Part shown: positions 1 through 13,625 of the stretch, one piece after another
Layout: every line of letters starts with the position of its first letter
Position numbering within the stretch: position 1 is the first letter of the stretch
DNA from: the human T2T-CHM13v2.0 reference genome, Homo sapiens
Assembly: GCF_009914755.1 (NCBI RefSeq)
Contig: NC_060932.1
Length of the DNA stretch: 64,000 bases
Reading direction: 5' to 3' (one strand)
Made by a program: the position numbers and the translations under genes
Notes under the pieces: model-generated
Databases searched by the model: none
What the model was told of the DNA's origin: nothing
What the model saw: the letters and a program-made list of their open reading frames with translations, nothing else

Positions 1-431
1 CTTCTTCTGCAATGTCCGTGACATCATCATTCCCCACGCTCTGCCCCAAAGTCCTTCCACCCTGCAATTTCATGACATTGCCTCTTCCCCCTGCAGTAGG
101 GGCTCGGCTGGCTGAGCTCCAGCTCCCAGGGCCAGCATAGGGCAGCCCCCTCCAGCCCCTGCGGCCACACCTGCACCCCTCCTGCCCACTATCCCCTTCC
201 TCCTCCTCTTCCCTCAGAAGCATCTCCTGCACCTCCCACCCCTGACTTCCAGTCAGTGGCCAGGTCCCATTGGCTCCAAAGGAGCTGGACACCCTTTGAA
301 ATATCCTCCTAACTCCCACCATTCACACCGTTTATCACCTTGGAATGAGCATTTCCAGTCGACCCCTCAACCCCTCCTTCTGCTGTATTTTGACACTGCC
401 CTTTTATTGGCTCCTTCCTGCCAGAATTTAC

Positions 432-999
432 TTATTTATTTAGAGTTGGGGTCTTGCTCTGTTGCCCAGGCTGAAGTGCAGTGGCACAATCATAGCTCCT
501 TAGCCTATTGCAGCCTTGAACTCCTGGGTTCAAGTGATTTTCCCACCTTAGCCTCCCCAGTACCTAGGACTACAGGTGTGAACTACCAGGCCTGGCTACT
601 TTTTTTTTTTTTTTTTTTTTGAGACAGAGTCTTGCTCTGTTGCCCAGGCTGGAGTATAGTGGCGCGATCTAGGCTCACTGCAACCTCTGCCTCCTGGGTT
701 CAAGTGATTCTCCTATCTCAGCCTCCCAAGTACCTGGGATTACAGGCATGTGCCACCACACCCAGCTAAGTTTTGTATTTTTAGTAGAAATGGGGTTTCA
801 CCATGTTTGCCAGGCTGATCTCCTGACTTCAAGTGATCTGCCCACCTCAGCCTCCCAAAGTGCTGGGATTACAGGCATCAACCACCATAAGGCCTGGTTA
901 ACTTCATTTTTTTGTAGAGATGGGGTCTCTAACTCCTGACCTCAAGCAAATCCTCCTGTCTTGGGCTCCCAAAGTGCTGGGATTAGAGATGTGACCCAC
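432..999 (-). mobile_element. AluJ-like element split by an AluS (601-~895)
   Basis: Alu right arm 432-600, then a complete Alu with poly-T, then the remaining left arm 901-999. Confidence 0.85.
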
Positions 1000-3260
1000 T
1001 TCGTAAATATTACTGAACACATACTGTGCCCAGCCCCTGCCAGCACTTAAACATTCGCAGGCATCTCTTCTCCCCTGGCAAAGCGGTGGTGTGAGTAGCC
1101 TACTCCATGGGATCCACTCCTCATTCACTCCTTGGTCCCCTCACACGGGTAACCAGTGGCTTGCTGGGGTAAGGCAGTGCGTGCGTTTCCTGTGGCCTCA
1201 CCCAACCTCTCTGGCTGGCTGCTGTTGAGCATAGCAGAGCCTACCCGCAGGTAAACCTGTCCTCCTCTCAGAGTCCACGCCTGCTGGAACACTGAGGATG
1301 CAGACCCAGGTGCCCAGCCCTGCCTTCTCTTCTGGAGTCAGATGGCAGACCTGCCTCTCGGGCAGCTACCTCTGGATGCTACAGCCTCCTCAAACTCTAT
1401 GGGTTTCTGTGCAGAAGTCGGTGCCAATGGCTGCCATCCCTGTAAAAAACCCAGTGCTTCTCTGTGTCCCCTTCTTGGTGAAGGCACCGTTATTAGAGTT
1501 AACATATACCCCAGCTTGCCAGCGCCATGCCCAATGACACACATTGTCCTGGCGTAACTATTAACAGCATCCCCCTTTAGTCTCAAAAGGGTCCTGTCTT
1601 AGATGAGAAATTATATACTCAACCTCATTGTTACCCACTCGCCTGCTCATCACAGAAACCCGAGGGTCATCTGGACTCTCCCTCTCCCCAATATCCCCAC
1701 AGCCCCCAAGCTCTATGGGTTCCACGTCCTTAACATCTTTTAAGCCCAGCCCATGGTCCATGCCATCACCTAGGTTGCAGGGTGGGCACCTTGCCTTCAA
1801 TCTTACCTTTCTTCCATTCTTCCACCTGCTGCTGGAGTGACCTTCCCAAATTGCAAATCTGATCACATTTACCAGCCTAAAAATCAAATGGTGACTCTCC
1901 TCCCCCAGCCACCAGCCAAACTTTAAGATAAACTCTAAACTCCACACCAGGGCCATGAAGTTCTTGGCTCCTAACCATGGATGTGCCCCTGCCCTACCCG
2001 CCCCGACCCCCAACCCAACCACAAGCCTCATCCCTCACCTCACCATCCTGGCTCCCATCTGTCCCTTGCTGGGTCCCGGCTCACTGACACCCTGTGTCCC
2101 CATGCTTGCCCGCTACCTGTCTATCTCCCCAGCTATACTGCAAGCTCCGTGATAGTGTCTTTCGTCTCTGAATCAATAGCACTGACATGGTGCCTGATGC
2201 AATGTGTTCAGTAATATTTACGAAGTGAGTCACCGCCCATCCCCAACACCAAATAGTCCATGGCGGCTGCAGTCCCCTGAGCCAGTGGGCCTGCACTTGA
2301 CCGCCTCCACATGTAGGAGAGGAGACTCCACATGTAGTCTACTGGAAGACGTCTCTGCTCCATCCATTAGGGTCTGTTCTTCTAGAATTGCTGTGGGTGT
2401 TGGGAGCCCCGTGTCCTTCCTCGGCTAATCATTTTGTGACTGCAGCAGCCTGTATTTTTCTGCTCTGTGTATACAGAGAAGGGTTGGTAGGGGCGGTGGA
2501 CCTGTGAGTTCCGAGCTCTCTTATAGAGAGGAGAGTTCCAGGCCTCTAGAAAATTTGGGTTGAAACTTGTGTCTCCACCATGGGCCAATGAGGGCGAGAA
2601 GGTGCTCCCTGGGAGGCTGCGGCTAGAGGCCTGGGCTGGCATGAAATGCACTGACCCAGGTGGATAGGGCACTCAGGGCCACCTGCTTTGTGAGGAGAAG
2701 AAATAGTGCCTGGGCCAAGCCTGATTGGAAACTCCAGGGAGAGCGGGACAGACCGAGGCAGCCTTTTGTTCCCTCCCTGTAATGCAATGCACATTCCCCA
2801 CTTAAAGGCAATTTCTGCACTTCAAAAGGATTCCAGCTGGCGAAATTTAAGGTGGAGAATAAGCCCCCAGTCAAGAAGCTTCTCAGGGGCCTTTCAGTTT
2901 TCCTTGGCTTGAGAACGGGATGCATTTTTAAATGTTTGCCTCTTCATGTTTGTCAGAGCGCCAGGGGAGAAACGCTTCCTCTTACTTCCACACCTCTCTC
3001 GCTCAGCCATAGCTGGCACGGGAGCCAGCCACGTTTTCCTGTGTTACTTTGCCTTCTCATGAACCTGCCTGACTTCCTCTCTTTCTCTGCCTGCTTCCCC
3101 ACCCACCCCCCAGCTCACACCCCACCCCTAGGGGGAGGAGAGAGTCCTGCTGCCCTGGGTTCACTAGGTTTAGCAGCTTTCCTTCAACAGATGCTGAAAG
3201 GGCCAACAGTTTGGCTGACACAGCTCATAGCTCACACTCCAGGAGATGCTCTCCCACATG

Positions 3261-3310
3261 TCATTCATTCATTCATTCATTCATTCATGCATTCATGCAT
3301 TCATGCATTC
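3261..3310. repeat. (TCAT)n/(TCATGCAT)n microsatellite, probably an L2 tail
   Basis: tcattcattcattc...atgcattcatgcattc. Confidence 0.8.
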
Positions 3311-4100
3311 ACCTGTTCACTCTCTCACCTAGTCACCCAGTCAGCCAGCATGGCATCTGAGGTGCTGGTGGGGCCCACGGGTGACTCAAAGAAAGACAAC
3401 ACATAGTCTTTCTCTCCTAACTTACAAAGTGCTTGAAGCTTTGAGAGACAGGAATGAGCAACTACAGCACAAGACACAGGGAAGTCAAAACCCAGTTTAG
3501 AGGGTAGGAACATTTTAAAAGCACAGAGAAAGAAAAGATCAGCCAGGGATGTAGGTGGAGCCCAGAGGGAGGCAGTCAGGGAAGGCTTCCTAGAGGAGGA
3601 AGCATTGTGACGGGAGCAGGGTCCAAAGACGCCAAGGATGGGGAAGTGGCCAATGCCAGAATATGGAGGTGGGAAGCTCTATGGTGGGCACAGAGGCACT
3701 GCTGCACCCCTCTTTCCAGGGCTTTGGAGTTTGCTGGGGGCGGGGGAGGGGGGGGTGTTCCCAGGCATGTCCAATGGCAGTCACTGCTTTGGTGGCATTG
3801 CTTCAGTCACCTTGGAAGCAATGCACCATCCCCACATAGCAGTCACCAACTCGTGCCCTTCTCCATCAGGCCCAGAAGAAATACCTTCATGCTCTTCTCT
3901 GTCCTAAACACTCAGGCTCCCCGCACCCTTTTCTTGAGGGACCCAGGTAGCACTTGCTCCTCCAGCCTCACCAGTCATGCCCTCTCCCTTAAGGGAAGCT
4001 CCAACTACCACCTTCCCTAGGAAGAACTATCCTTCCTGCCCACCCCCTTCCATTCTAACCAGGGAAAGCTTCCCTTCGGCCAGCCCACCCCTGCCTGTGC

Positions 4101-4116
4101 CAGCGCCCCCTGGTGT
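4101..4116 (-). promoter_or_regulatory. CTCF-like motif
   Basis: cagcgccccctggtgt, one mismatch to the core GCGCCCCCTGGTGG. Confidence 0.45.
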
Positions 4117-4299
4117 CTCCCTTAGAGCCCTTGCCAGTGGCCCACTGGCCAGGCCCATGGGCTCTGGAGTTGGGCAGACCTGGCTTTGACTCTGGCTCTG
4201 GCACCTTTCAGCTCTGTACTTGGCCAGATTACTCACTTCCATAGGACCTGCCCTTGCATTTCCTACCTAACATCCTTTCACCCTTATCTGATCAATCAC

Positions 4300-4718
4300 A
4301 CCTTGACTTGCATTCAGGGCAACCATCCTCCTCCACTCTCAGTCCTTGTAGATTAAGGGGAGCTGTAGAGGGTCACTGCTAGGTTCAGGGATAGGCACAA
4401 GACCAAAGCGAGACCAATCCTGTGACTTTTAATGGGTGGAAAACCCTATTTCCACTGGGGTTGACAAATTGGTCAAACACAAACCTAAGGCTGTTGGGGC
4501 CATCTTTGTCACAAGGGAAGACTCTGTTTACAAATGAAAACAGCACAGAAAAAAACAATCAAGAGACAGATTCCTGGTGACACTGAGCACCTGGATCCAG
4601 CCTCGCCTGAAGTTATCCCTGGAGTTTTCAGTTTTGTGAACCAATGTTTCCCCCTCTTTTCTGGCTTAAGCCGATTTGAGTTGACTTTTTGTCACATGCC
4701 ATTAATAGTCTTGATGAA
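4300..4718 (+). mobile_element. Old MaLR LTR (MLT1J/K-like)
   Basis: gagcacctggatccagcc...cctgaag and cttaagccgatttgagttgac...tgtcac are MLT1 3' hallmarks. Confidence 0.65.
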
Positions 4719-5188
4719 AGAAATACTTAACTTGGAGACTTAAATGAAAGGTCCGAGTAGTGCCCAGGAATGGAATAAGGTGGCACTCACTGACCACTTT
4801 GGCAAATCTCTCTGAATCTGCCGTCTCATAGGTCTGTTACATTTCCATAAACTATAGTTCCATAGTAGTAGAATACTATGTTTTTCTTCTTCCCACAGCT
4901 TCGATCAAATCTTCCTTTGTAAAATCTTCACTCTCCCAGGCTTTCTTGACCACAGCTCTGTGTTCCTCATAAATCTCTATGTTCCACATCCGTTTTCTCC
5001 CCACCCCACCCCCGGGCTGAGGCAGGATGGGTTTAACAGTACAAGACTTCAGGATGTGGCGTGGGTGATGTCGTCTTTGTGTAATGTGCTGATAAGCCAG
5101 GGCAACGAAACCAAATCAAACCAAAGACTTTCCCAACAGGCTTCAAATCCCTGCTCTGGAGGACACCAGGTGCTCAGAAAAGTCTACA

Positions 5189-5203
5189 CTGCCATCTAGT
5201 GGA
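5189..5203 (-). promoter_or_regulatory. CTCF core motif
   Basis: ctgccatctagtgga = CCACTAGATGGCAG on the minus strand, a canonical core. Confidence 0.55.
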
Positions 5204-5513
5204 TGTCTGCAGCATCATCAGCACGCGGAAGGGAGCCCTTTGGGGAGAATTCCCTTGGGACTGTCCCTGGCCTGTGAAAGCATCCGACTGACCCTCACTA
5301 CATAAGGGACAAACCCCAAGACAAGTGAATGGATGGTGAAGCCGAGAGTCCTGTCCCGCAGAGTAGCATATACTCCTCTAAAAGATTGGGTTCCTGCCCG
5401 GCCTCTGCACCTCCCATCCCAGGAGTTAGAATCAGCAGGCTTCCTTTCTCTGCTCCTCTTGGCTGTCCACAGGTGTGCCCAGTCCAAGGGTTTCCAGGGA
5501 AGAGGGCTGACGC

Positions 5514-5588
5514 TGTGTGCACATGGGTGTGCATGCAAGTGTGTGTGTGCACATGTGCACACATGTGCACACATGTGCACGTGTGCAC
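5514..5588. repeat. Alternating purine-pyrimidine (TG/CA) low-complexity tract
   Basis: Unbroken RY alternation over 5539-5588, with acatgtgcac x3. Confidence 0.9.
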
Positions 5589-6738
5589 TTTATTGCTCGT
5601 CTTCCCAAAGGAAAGGGTGTTTGTCGTGTTTGCAAACAAGACAACCTAGCAAAGCTTCATGACAACAGCCTCATAACTTGCGAGCCATATCACAATCTAT
5701 TTGCTCTCTGATAGTGAAAAACACTTCAAAGAGAAGAGTCTATTCCCCGCATTGGAGTAACTTGTGTGCTGCCGCCCTCTGGAGCTTGTTGTCCTACTGG
5801 GCTTAGCTGACTGCATGAGGCCTAACCAAGGCAGCACTGAGGGGAAGGAAGAACCCCTTGTGGCCCTTCCCTGCCACCCTGCACAGAAGGGACCAGAAGG
5901 TCAGCCTTGGTGTGTGTGCTTGGTCACATCCCGGCCACGACCCTTCCATCTCCAGGCATTTGTGACCCAAGTCCTGCCTAGATTGACAGCAGCACCTCCT
6001 TCTAAAACACAGCAGAAAAGAGGCCAGTCTCCACCATTGACACTCTGCGGGCTCAGTCTGGCCCAGGAGTCAAGAAATAAAGAAGCGGAGACCAGAAGGC
6101 CAGATCAGCTTCCCCAAAACACACTCTGGCTGCTTAGGGCAGCAGCAGACCCATTTCCCACTTCTATGACTCTTCCCCAGGCTTTCCAGACCCCTAAATG
6201 TAATAGCACTAATCACTGCCCAGTAAAATAGTTATTTCCAGTTCCTAAAATGCTTTGTTCTTCTTTTACACAACTTTGGGCAAAAGAAGAGCGTGTCTCA
6301 TGTTGTGACAACAAAGCGTCAAGATGCACTGACCTCTGCCTGTTTAGGCAACTTGGGAAGCTCTGTCTTGGTAAATACCAGCTTCTCTCCAGCCCAGAAG
6401 CCATCTGAAGGCCCAGGCACCCCGCGCCTTGAGAGAGGACTCCTCCCATACCACGCCTTCTTCCACTTATCTGCCAACTCCAAAGCACACACCAGCTGGT
6501 CTCCACCAGGCTTGGGGTCCCAGATCTCAGGGGCAGCCAAGGAGCTCCCAGAGCAGGGGAGCAGGAAAAGGCCTGGGCAGAATGGCCTCAACCATCACCA
6601 AAGTTTCCAGTCTGCAGCCCTCCCACCAGCCCCCAGCCTTCTCCTCAAGTCCACTCTAAGGAAGGCACAACTTTATGGCAACAGCCATCTGCAGCCACCA
6701 GACCCAACCCAGATGGCTCTGCACGCAGCTTCAAGTCA

Positions 6739-6978
<240 letters not shown>

Positions 6979-7039
6979 TTAAGGGAGCCTGGGGTTCCCA
7001 AGGCTTCAGTCTAGCACTATTGGGAATGTAAAGTGAAAT

Positions 7040-7245
7040 GGGATCAAATCCTAAACCTGCCACTAACTAGTTGTGTGACCGAAGAGTTACTTGACCTCCT
7101 TGTGCCTCAGTTTCCTCACCTGTAAAACGAAGACACTAATAATTCCTCCCTCATGGAGTCAGTGTGAGAAGAAAAGTGGCGGTCAATGGTCAGAACAGAA
7201 CCTGGCACGTTGTAAGTCATCAGAAAGTATAATATTAATTATCAT
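7040..7245 (+). mobile_element. MIR SINE
   Basis: MIR core tgtgacc...gcctcagtttcctcacctgtaaaa and cctggcac. Confidence 0.8.
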
Positions 7246-9086
7246 CAGCCTTTACTTCCCTAGAAGAACAGATATCCTTAGGCAAACTTAGTGTCTTTAA
7301 AGTAGGATTGAGTTTATAAAAACAATACCTATAGATTGCTTTTCAGGAACATTCTTATTACAGAAAGAAAAGCTTAGCAAGTCAGCACAGCTTCCTTCAA
7401 GGGCATAGACCTTCTCTCTCCCCTAAACAATCAAGAGCTCCCCATGCCTGAAATCCCACCATTAGGTGAAGAATTGGCTTCTTTGGGTTAAGCATTGACT
7501 GTAGCCTAGGTTCTCTTTCAAAATGCAAACATCCCTCAGGGGGTAAAACACTGGCTCACTAAGACTGTCAGTATGAATGAACCAGTTCATGTATTTGCTC
7601 CCTGAGAAGAAGGGCCCGAACAGCACCAGGGTTCTAAGAATGTGGCTTCCTGGAAGGGAAGAAAATATGATGCAGAGCAAGGCAACAGAGCCTGCAGGGC
7701 AGGGCAGGCCGGGCTGGGCCATGACAGCACCAGGCTGGCTGTAAGTGCATGCTTATATTTGAAACTCAGGAACACAGGTAAGATTTTTCAAAGACATTTT
7801 TTAAAACTGTTTTTGCTTGCCCTTCTATTATAATTTATCTCCATGACCTAAGTCCTCTGTAGGGTTAACGAGGGTTAAGACATCACTGAGAGAGAAAGGG
7901 TGTGGGTAGAGAGTGGGTGTTGCAGGTCCCCAGCCTTTCCTAACACCTTGCAGGGCTAAGCCGCTCTACAGCCTGCCGGTAGCCACCCACAGCGGTCCAC
8001 AGTGCCTTGCTGGGGGTGATATCTAAGGGGACCCTGTGAGGATGTAATTTGGAGAATAGATCTGGAAAGGGAGCTCCCTGAACCTGGGGCCTGGGAGTAG
8101 GCCAAGAGCAGCTTCCTGGTGGGGAACCCTGCATTGCCCCTCCCACCTTCCACCTCCCACCCTTCCAGTGGCTCCTGAAGTCCAGCCTTGGGCAAAAGGC
8201 CGCTGAGCCCCCAGCACCTGGCAGCCCCGGACCAGGACACTTCGGTGGGCCAGCGCCCCCAGTGCCAGAAGTCACATGCTCTGGTCTCAGAGAGTGGAAG
8301 CAGGATGAGTCATGGGCTTGCTGAGCAAGTTTGTTTCTTCTAACTCTTTGCGCATTTACAGCAATTCTTGGTGGATGGCAAGATTTTCACAGCTTTTGGA
8401 GAAGTTTTAGGTGACCAGTTTTATCTTCCTAGCATCATCTTAAGGACCGTTTGGTTTGTTTCTGCTGCAACTCCTTGCTGCCGCAGCTAGCGAGATGCGA
8501 GGCAGAGAGGGGACCCACCAAGGGCAGAGAGACAGACAGCAAACAGCACAGGATGGGAAAACTGAGAGGTAGGGAGGAGGTAAACTGAGGGTGGAGGGAC
8601 GCCCTCACGCCCATAACCCCTCTCCCCTTTTTATCAGAGTGGAATTGTTGTAAATATCAAAAGGATTAAACAAGCAAAATCATCAAATTGTTATTTGATG
8701 AGGTGGGCACAGAGCCACAGAGAGTGCCCTGAAGGACAGGGCACATGCCAGGGAACCAGGGATTTGGGTCTTGTCTCTGTCCCTCTCTTCACGCCCATAG
8801 GGCACTGCCAGGCCAGCGTTTGAACATAGCGTATTGCCCCACCTAGGATGATGGGAAAGGGGCATGTGCAGGCCTCTGCCCTGCTCAGCTGCTTTAGCAA
8901 AGTCTTGGAGAAGGACACGGAGACAAATTTATTTGATCTGCAGATGGCACAGAGCTGGTAACCAACAATTCTGATGATCAAATTGACTTACGAGACGACC
9001 TGGACAAACCTGAGGTGAGCTGAATCAAAAATTAAAGTTACTGAGAAAATACACTTTAAATTTTGCATTCAAGACTAGGCACAGTG

Positions 9087-9421
<335 letters not shown>

Positions 9422-9423
9422 AA

Positions 9424-9716
9424 GACTAGGCACAGTGGCTCATGCCTATAATCTCAGCTCTTTGGGAGGCTGGGGTGGGAGCATCACTTGAGCCCAGGAA
9501 TCTGAGACCAGCCTAGGCAACATAGTGAGACCCTGTTTCTACCAAAAATTAAAAAAACAAACAAACAAACAAAAAACAACCATGGTAGTGCCTGCCTGTG
9601 TTCCCAGCTACTTGGGAGGATCACTTGAGCCCAGGAGGTAGAAGCTGCAGTGAGCCATGATTGCATCACCGCACTCCAGCCTGGGTGACAGAGCAAGACC
9701 CTATCTCAAAAACAAC
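9424..9716 (+). mobile_element. AluJ (host of the AluYb8 insertion)
   Basis: Diverged Alu; TSD-like ttgcattcaag at 9063-9073 and 9717-9727. Confidence 0.85.
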
Positions 9717-10267
9717 TTGCATTCAAGCCAGAAAACCTCAAAGGTGCCACCTTCCTGTGTGCCCTTGCTGCTTGTGGTTTACCTGACATGGAATTCATTC
9801 TAATTTCCATGTGGAGAGTTTGGGGATCTCCTGATCTCCTTGACAAGACTTGAAGGCACTCTAGACAGTGGAGTGAAAAGATCAGGGGCCCTGGCCCCAG
9901 CTTTGCCATGAACTAATGCTACATAAGGGACTGGGGATGAAGGGCATGACTTTTACTGGGCCACCCCAATATATCGGGGACATCACATATGTATGATTTC
10001 ATTTCATGCAACCATACCTTGAGGCAGCTGTTATCACTATTCCTATCTCCAGATGAGTAACTGAGAAACTGTTGGACAATACCTATTTGCAGCTGCTACG
10101 TGTTGGAGTGATCTGTTGTGTACAACAGAGAACTAGTACTGTGGGCTTGGCTGCACTTTCTTCCCCGCACCACACGTTTTCCCTAGTGAGCTGTTTCATT
10201 CCTCCAGGCTTCAGTTTGAGCTAGGTGGTCATGTGGGTCTCTGTCATGGCAAGAATTAGATCACAAG

Positions 10268-10605
<338 letters not shown>

Positions 10606-10624
10606 TCAGCTGCCCCTCAGTGAG

Positions 10625-10971
10625 TGCTATGGTCTGAGTGTTTGTGTCTCCTCAAAATTTATATGTTGGAATTTAATCCTCAATATGATGGTATTAACAA
10701 GCGGGACTTGGAAGAGGTGATTAAGTCACCCTTATAAAAGGCACCCTCATAAGAGAGGCTGAAGGGAGCTGCCCTTCCCTTCCCCCATGTGAAGTCGCAG
10801 CAAGAAGGTGCCATCTTTGAAGCAGAGAGCAACCTTGTACCGCACACTGAATCCACTAGCACCTTGATTTTGGCGCTTCTCAGCCTCCAGAGTTGTGAGT
10901 AATACATTCCTGCTGTTTAGAAATGACCTAGTCTAAGGTATTTTGTTATGGTAGCTGAACAGACTAAGACA
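10625..10971 (+). mobile_element. MaLR solo LTR (MLT1A/MST group)
   Basis: TG...CA ends (tgctatggtctg...agactaagaca); 5-bp TSD gtgag. Confidence 0.85.
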
Positions 10972-11063
10972 GTGAGGATGACAAAAAGACACATGGGATA
11001 TGAGGCTGCCTCGAAGAGGGGGCTCACTGTGAAAGTGTGGGTCACCCCACTTGAAAAACAGCA

Positions 11064-11352
11064 AGCCAGGTATGGCAGTGCATGCCTGTAAAACCGGCAC
11101 TTTGGGAGGCTGAGGCAGCAGGATTGCTTGAGCCCAGGAGTTTGAGAACAGCCTGGACTACATACCGAGACTCCCAACTCTACAAAAAATAAGAAACTTA
11201 GCCAGGTGTGGTGGCGTGCACCTGTAGTCCCAGCTACTCAGGACGTTGAGGCAGGAGGATTGCTTGAGCCCAGGTGTTCAAGGCTGCAGTGAGCTATGAT
11301 CAGGCCACTGCACTCCAGCCTAAGTGACAGACAAGACTCTGTCTCTAAAAGA
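11064..11352 (+). mobile_element. AluJ
   Basis: Dimeric Alu. Confidence 0.9.
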
Positions 11353-12360
11353 AATGTATTTAAACAGGAGAGACCAAGGCCCCTGAGAGAGGTTGAAGGA
11401 CTGGGGATGACTGCCCAGGTTGGGGGGAGCTGGGGATGAAGGGGCAGGGCAGGGCATGGCACCTGTCACCACACACATGAATGACCACAAAGAAGATGAG
11501 AAACTAGACTAGTTTGTGCACCTCGTGGATCCGCACTACAACAGGTAGGGTTGGTGTTCAAGAAGAGCAGCAGGGCCTCGGGGTAAGAATGTACTTTCTG
11601 AAGAACGGAGCTTTTCAACACCAAAAAGCAGGACGCTTTGAGCAGCAGCTCCCATCCCTAGGGGAGCTTGCAGGGCTGACTGGATGGCAGCAGCAGGTGG
11701 GGTTTTTTGAGTGGATTCACCTCCTGGCTGCAGGTTTGGAGAATCATGGTTCTTTCCATTCTGCGACTGAGCCCAGGGTTGGGACCGTCGGTGGTTTTGC
11801 TGGTCTTGTCTGGGGTATCTCAGAAGCAGGGAAGGTCTGATTCCCGAGAAGCGTTACTCTTAACAATGTCTCACAGCTTGTCACAGTACATAAAATTCCT
11901 CCCTTATAGATTAATACCTTTAGGCATTGAGTCCAATCTTTAAGAGTTCCCTGGTAGACCAAATGCCCACAAGAGGAGTGCCTTCTCTGGGGGATCTCTT
12001 GCCAAGGTCAGAGCCTGAGCCGAGTGGGGATCTTGAGGAGGGGTCAGTGCAGGAGGTCCTGCTGTCTCCTCAGGGGTCCGATCTGTCCTTGATGCGTTTT
12101 TCATTTCATCATCATTCATGATGCTCTCTTCCAAACAAAAATCTTCAGTGACAATAAAGACAAAGCTCCTCTTTTGCGATGATGGCTTGAAATCAAAAGA
12201 CATCTTCCTGGCATGCAACCTTAAGGTCATAAGTCTCTTTCTCAGACTGGGGGCCTGCTGGTGTATTCTGGGAGTCCTGAGAATGGGCCCCCTTGACTCG
12301 AGTCTGGGAGCCCTGAACCTGGGGTGAAGGTTGTCAGAAGCAGATAGGGAAAGAGCGTGA

Positions 12361-12565
12361 GTGTGGAGTCAGACAAGGGGGCTAGATCTTGGCTCTGCTA
12401 CTTTTAAGCTATGTAAACACTGTGGGCAGATTTCTTAATCTCTGGGGATTCTTCATCTGCAGAATGGGGGTGCTAACACAGACTTTGTAGGTTCGTTACT
12501 GACAGTGAAAGGAGTCAAGGAGTCCAGGCACCGGCAGAGCACCTGGCACACAGAAGGTGCCCTGG
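12361..12565 (+). mobile_element. MIR
   Basis: tggagtcagac...ttcatctgcagaatggg...cctggcacacag. Confidence 0.7.
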
Positions 12566-12782
12566 GACTTCCCACGTGTGTCCCCATGCATGGGTCACCA
12601 GGGCACCAACATGTGATCTTGGCAGGGCAGAGCCTAGGGCATCTGGAGCCTCAGGCTGGTCACCCCCAATGACCCTACAGACATCCTCATTTCCCACAGT
12701 GTGGGAAACACCAGGAACTGCTGAGGTCCTCCTTAAGGGGCCCTTATTGTGGCCCAGGCCTGCTGTACCCTGGCCCAGCTGA

Positions 12783-13297
<515 letters not shown>

Positions 13298-13319
13298 TGA
13301 CATGAACAAAGTTTGTTAC

Positions 13320-13625
13320 TTTTTGTTGTTGTTGTTGTTGTTGTTTAGGCAGGGTCTGGCTCTGTTGCCCAGGCTGGAATGCAGTGGCGCAATCATGGCT
13401 CAGACCAGCCTTGACCTCCTTGGTTTAAGTGATCCTCCCACCTCAACCTCTTGAGTAGCTGGGACTACAGGTGTGCATCAGCATGCTTGGCTAGTTTTTA
13501 AACTGTTTTGTAGAGAAAAGAGTCTCTCTATGTTGCCCAGGCTGGTCTCAAACCCCTGGGCTCAAGTGATCCTCCACCTTGGCCTCCCAAAGTGCTGGGA
13601 TTACACATGTGAGCCACTTCACCCA
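13320..13625 (-). mobile_element. AluJ with (GTT)n tail
   Basis: Dimeric Alu, reverse strand. Confidence 0.88.

Noticed and set aside
3736-3755. G-quadruplex-like G5-C-G5-A-G8 tract
   Set aside because: Plausible, but such tracts are common and nothing in the context makes this one notable.
5218-5711. Cys/His-rich ORFs resembling metal-binding peptides
   Set aside because: Artefact of the TG/CA repeat.
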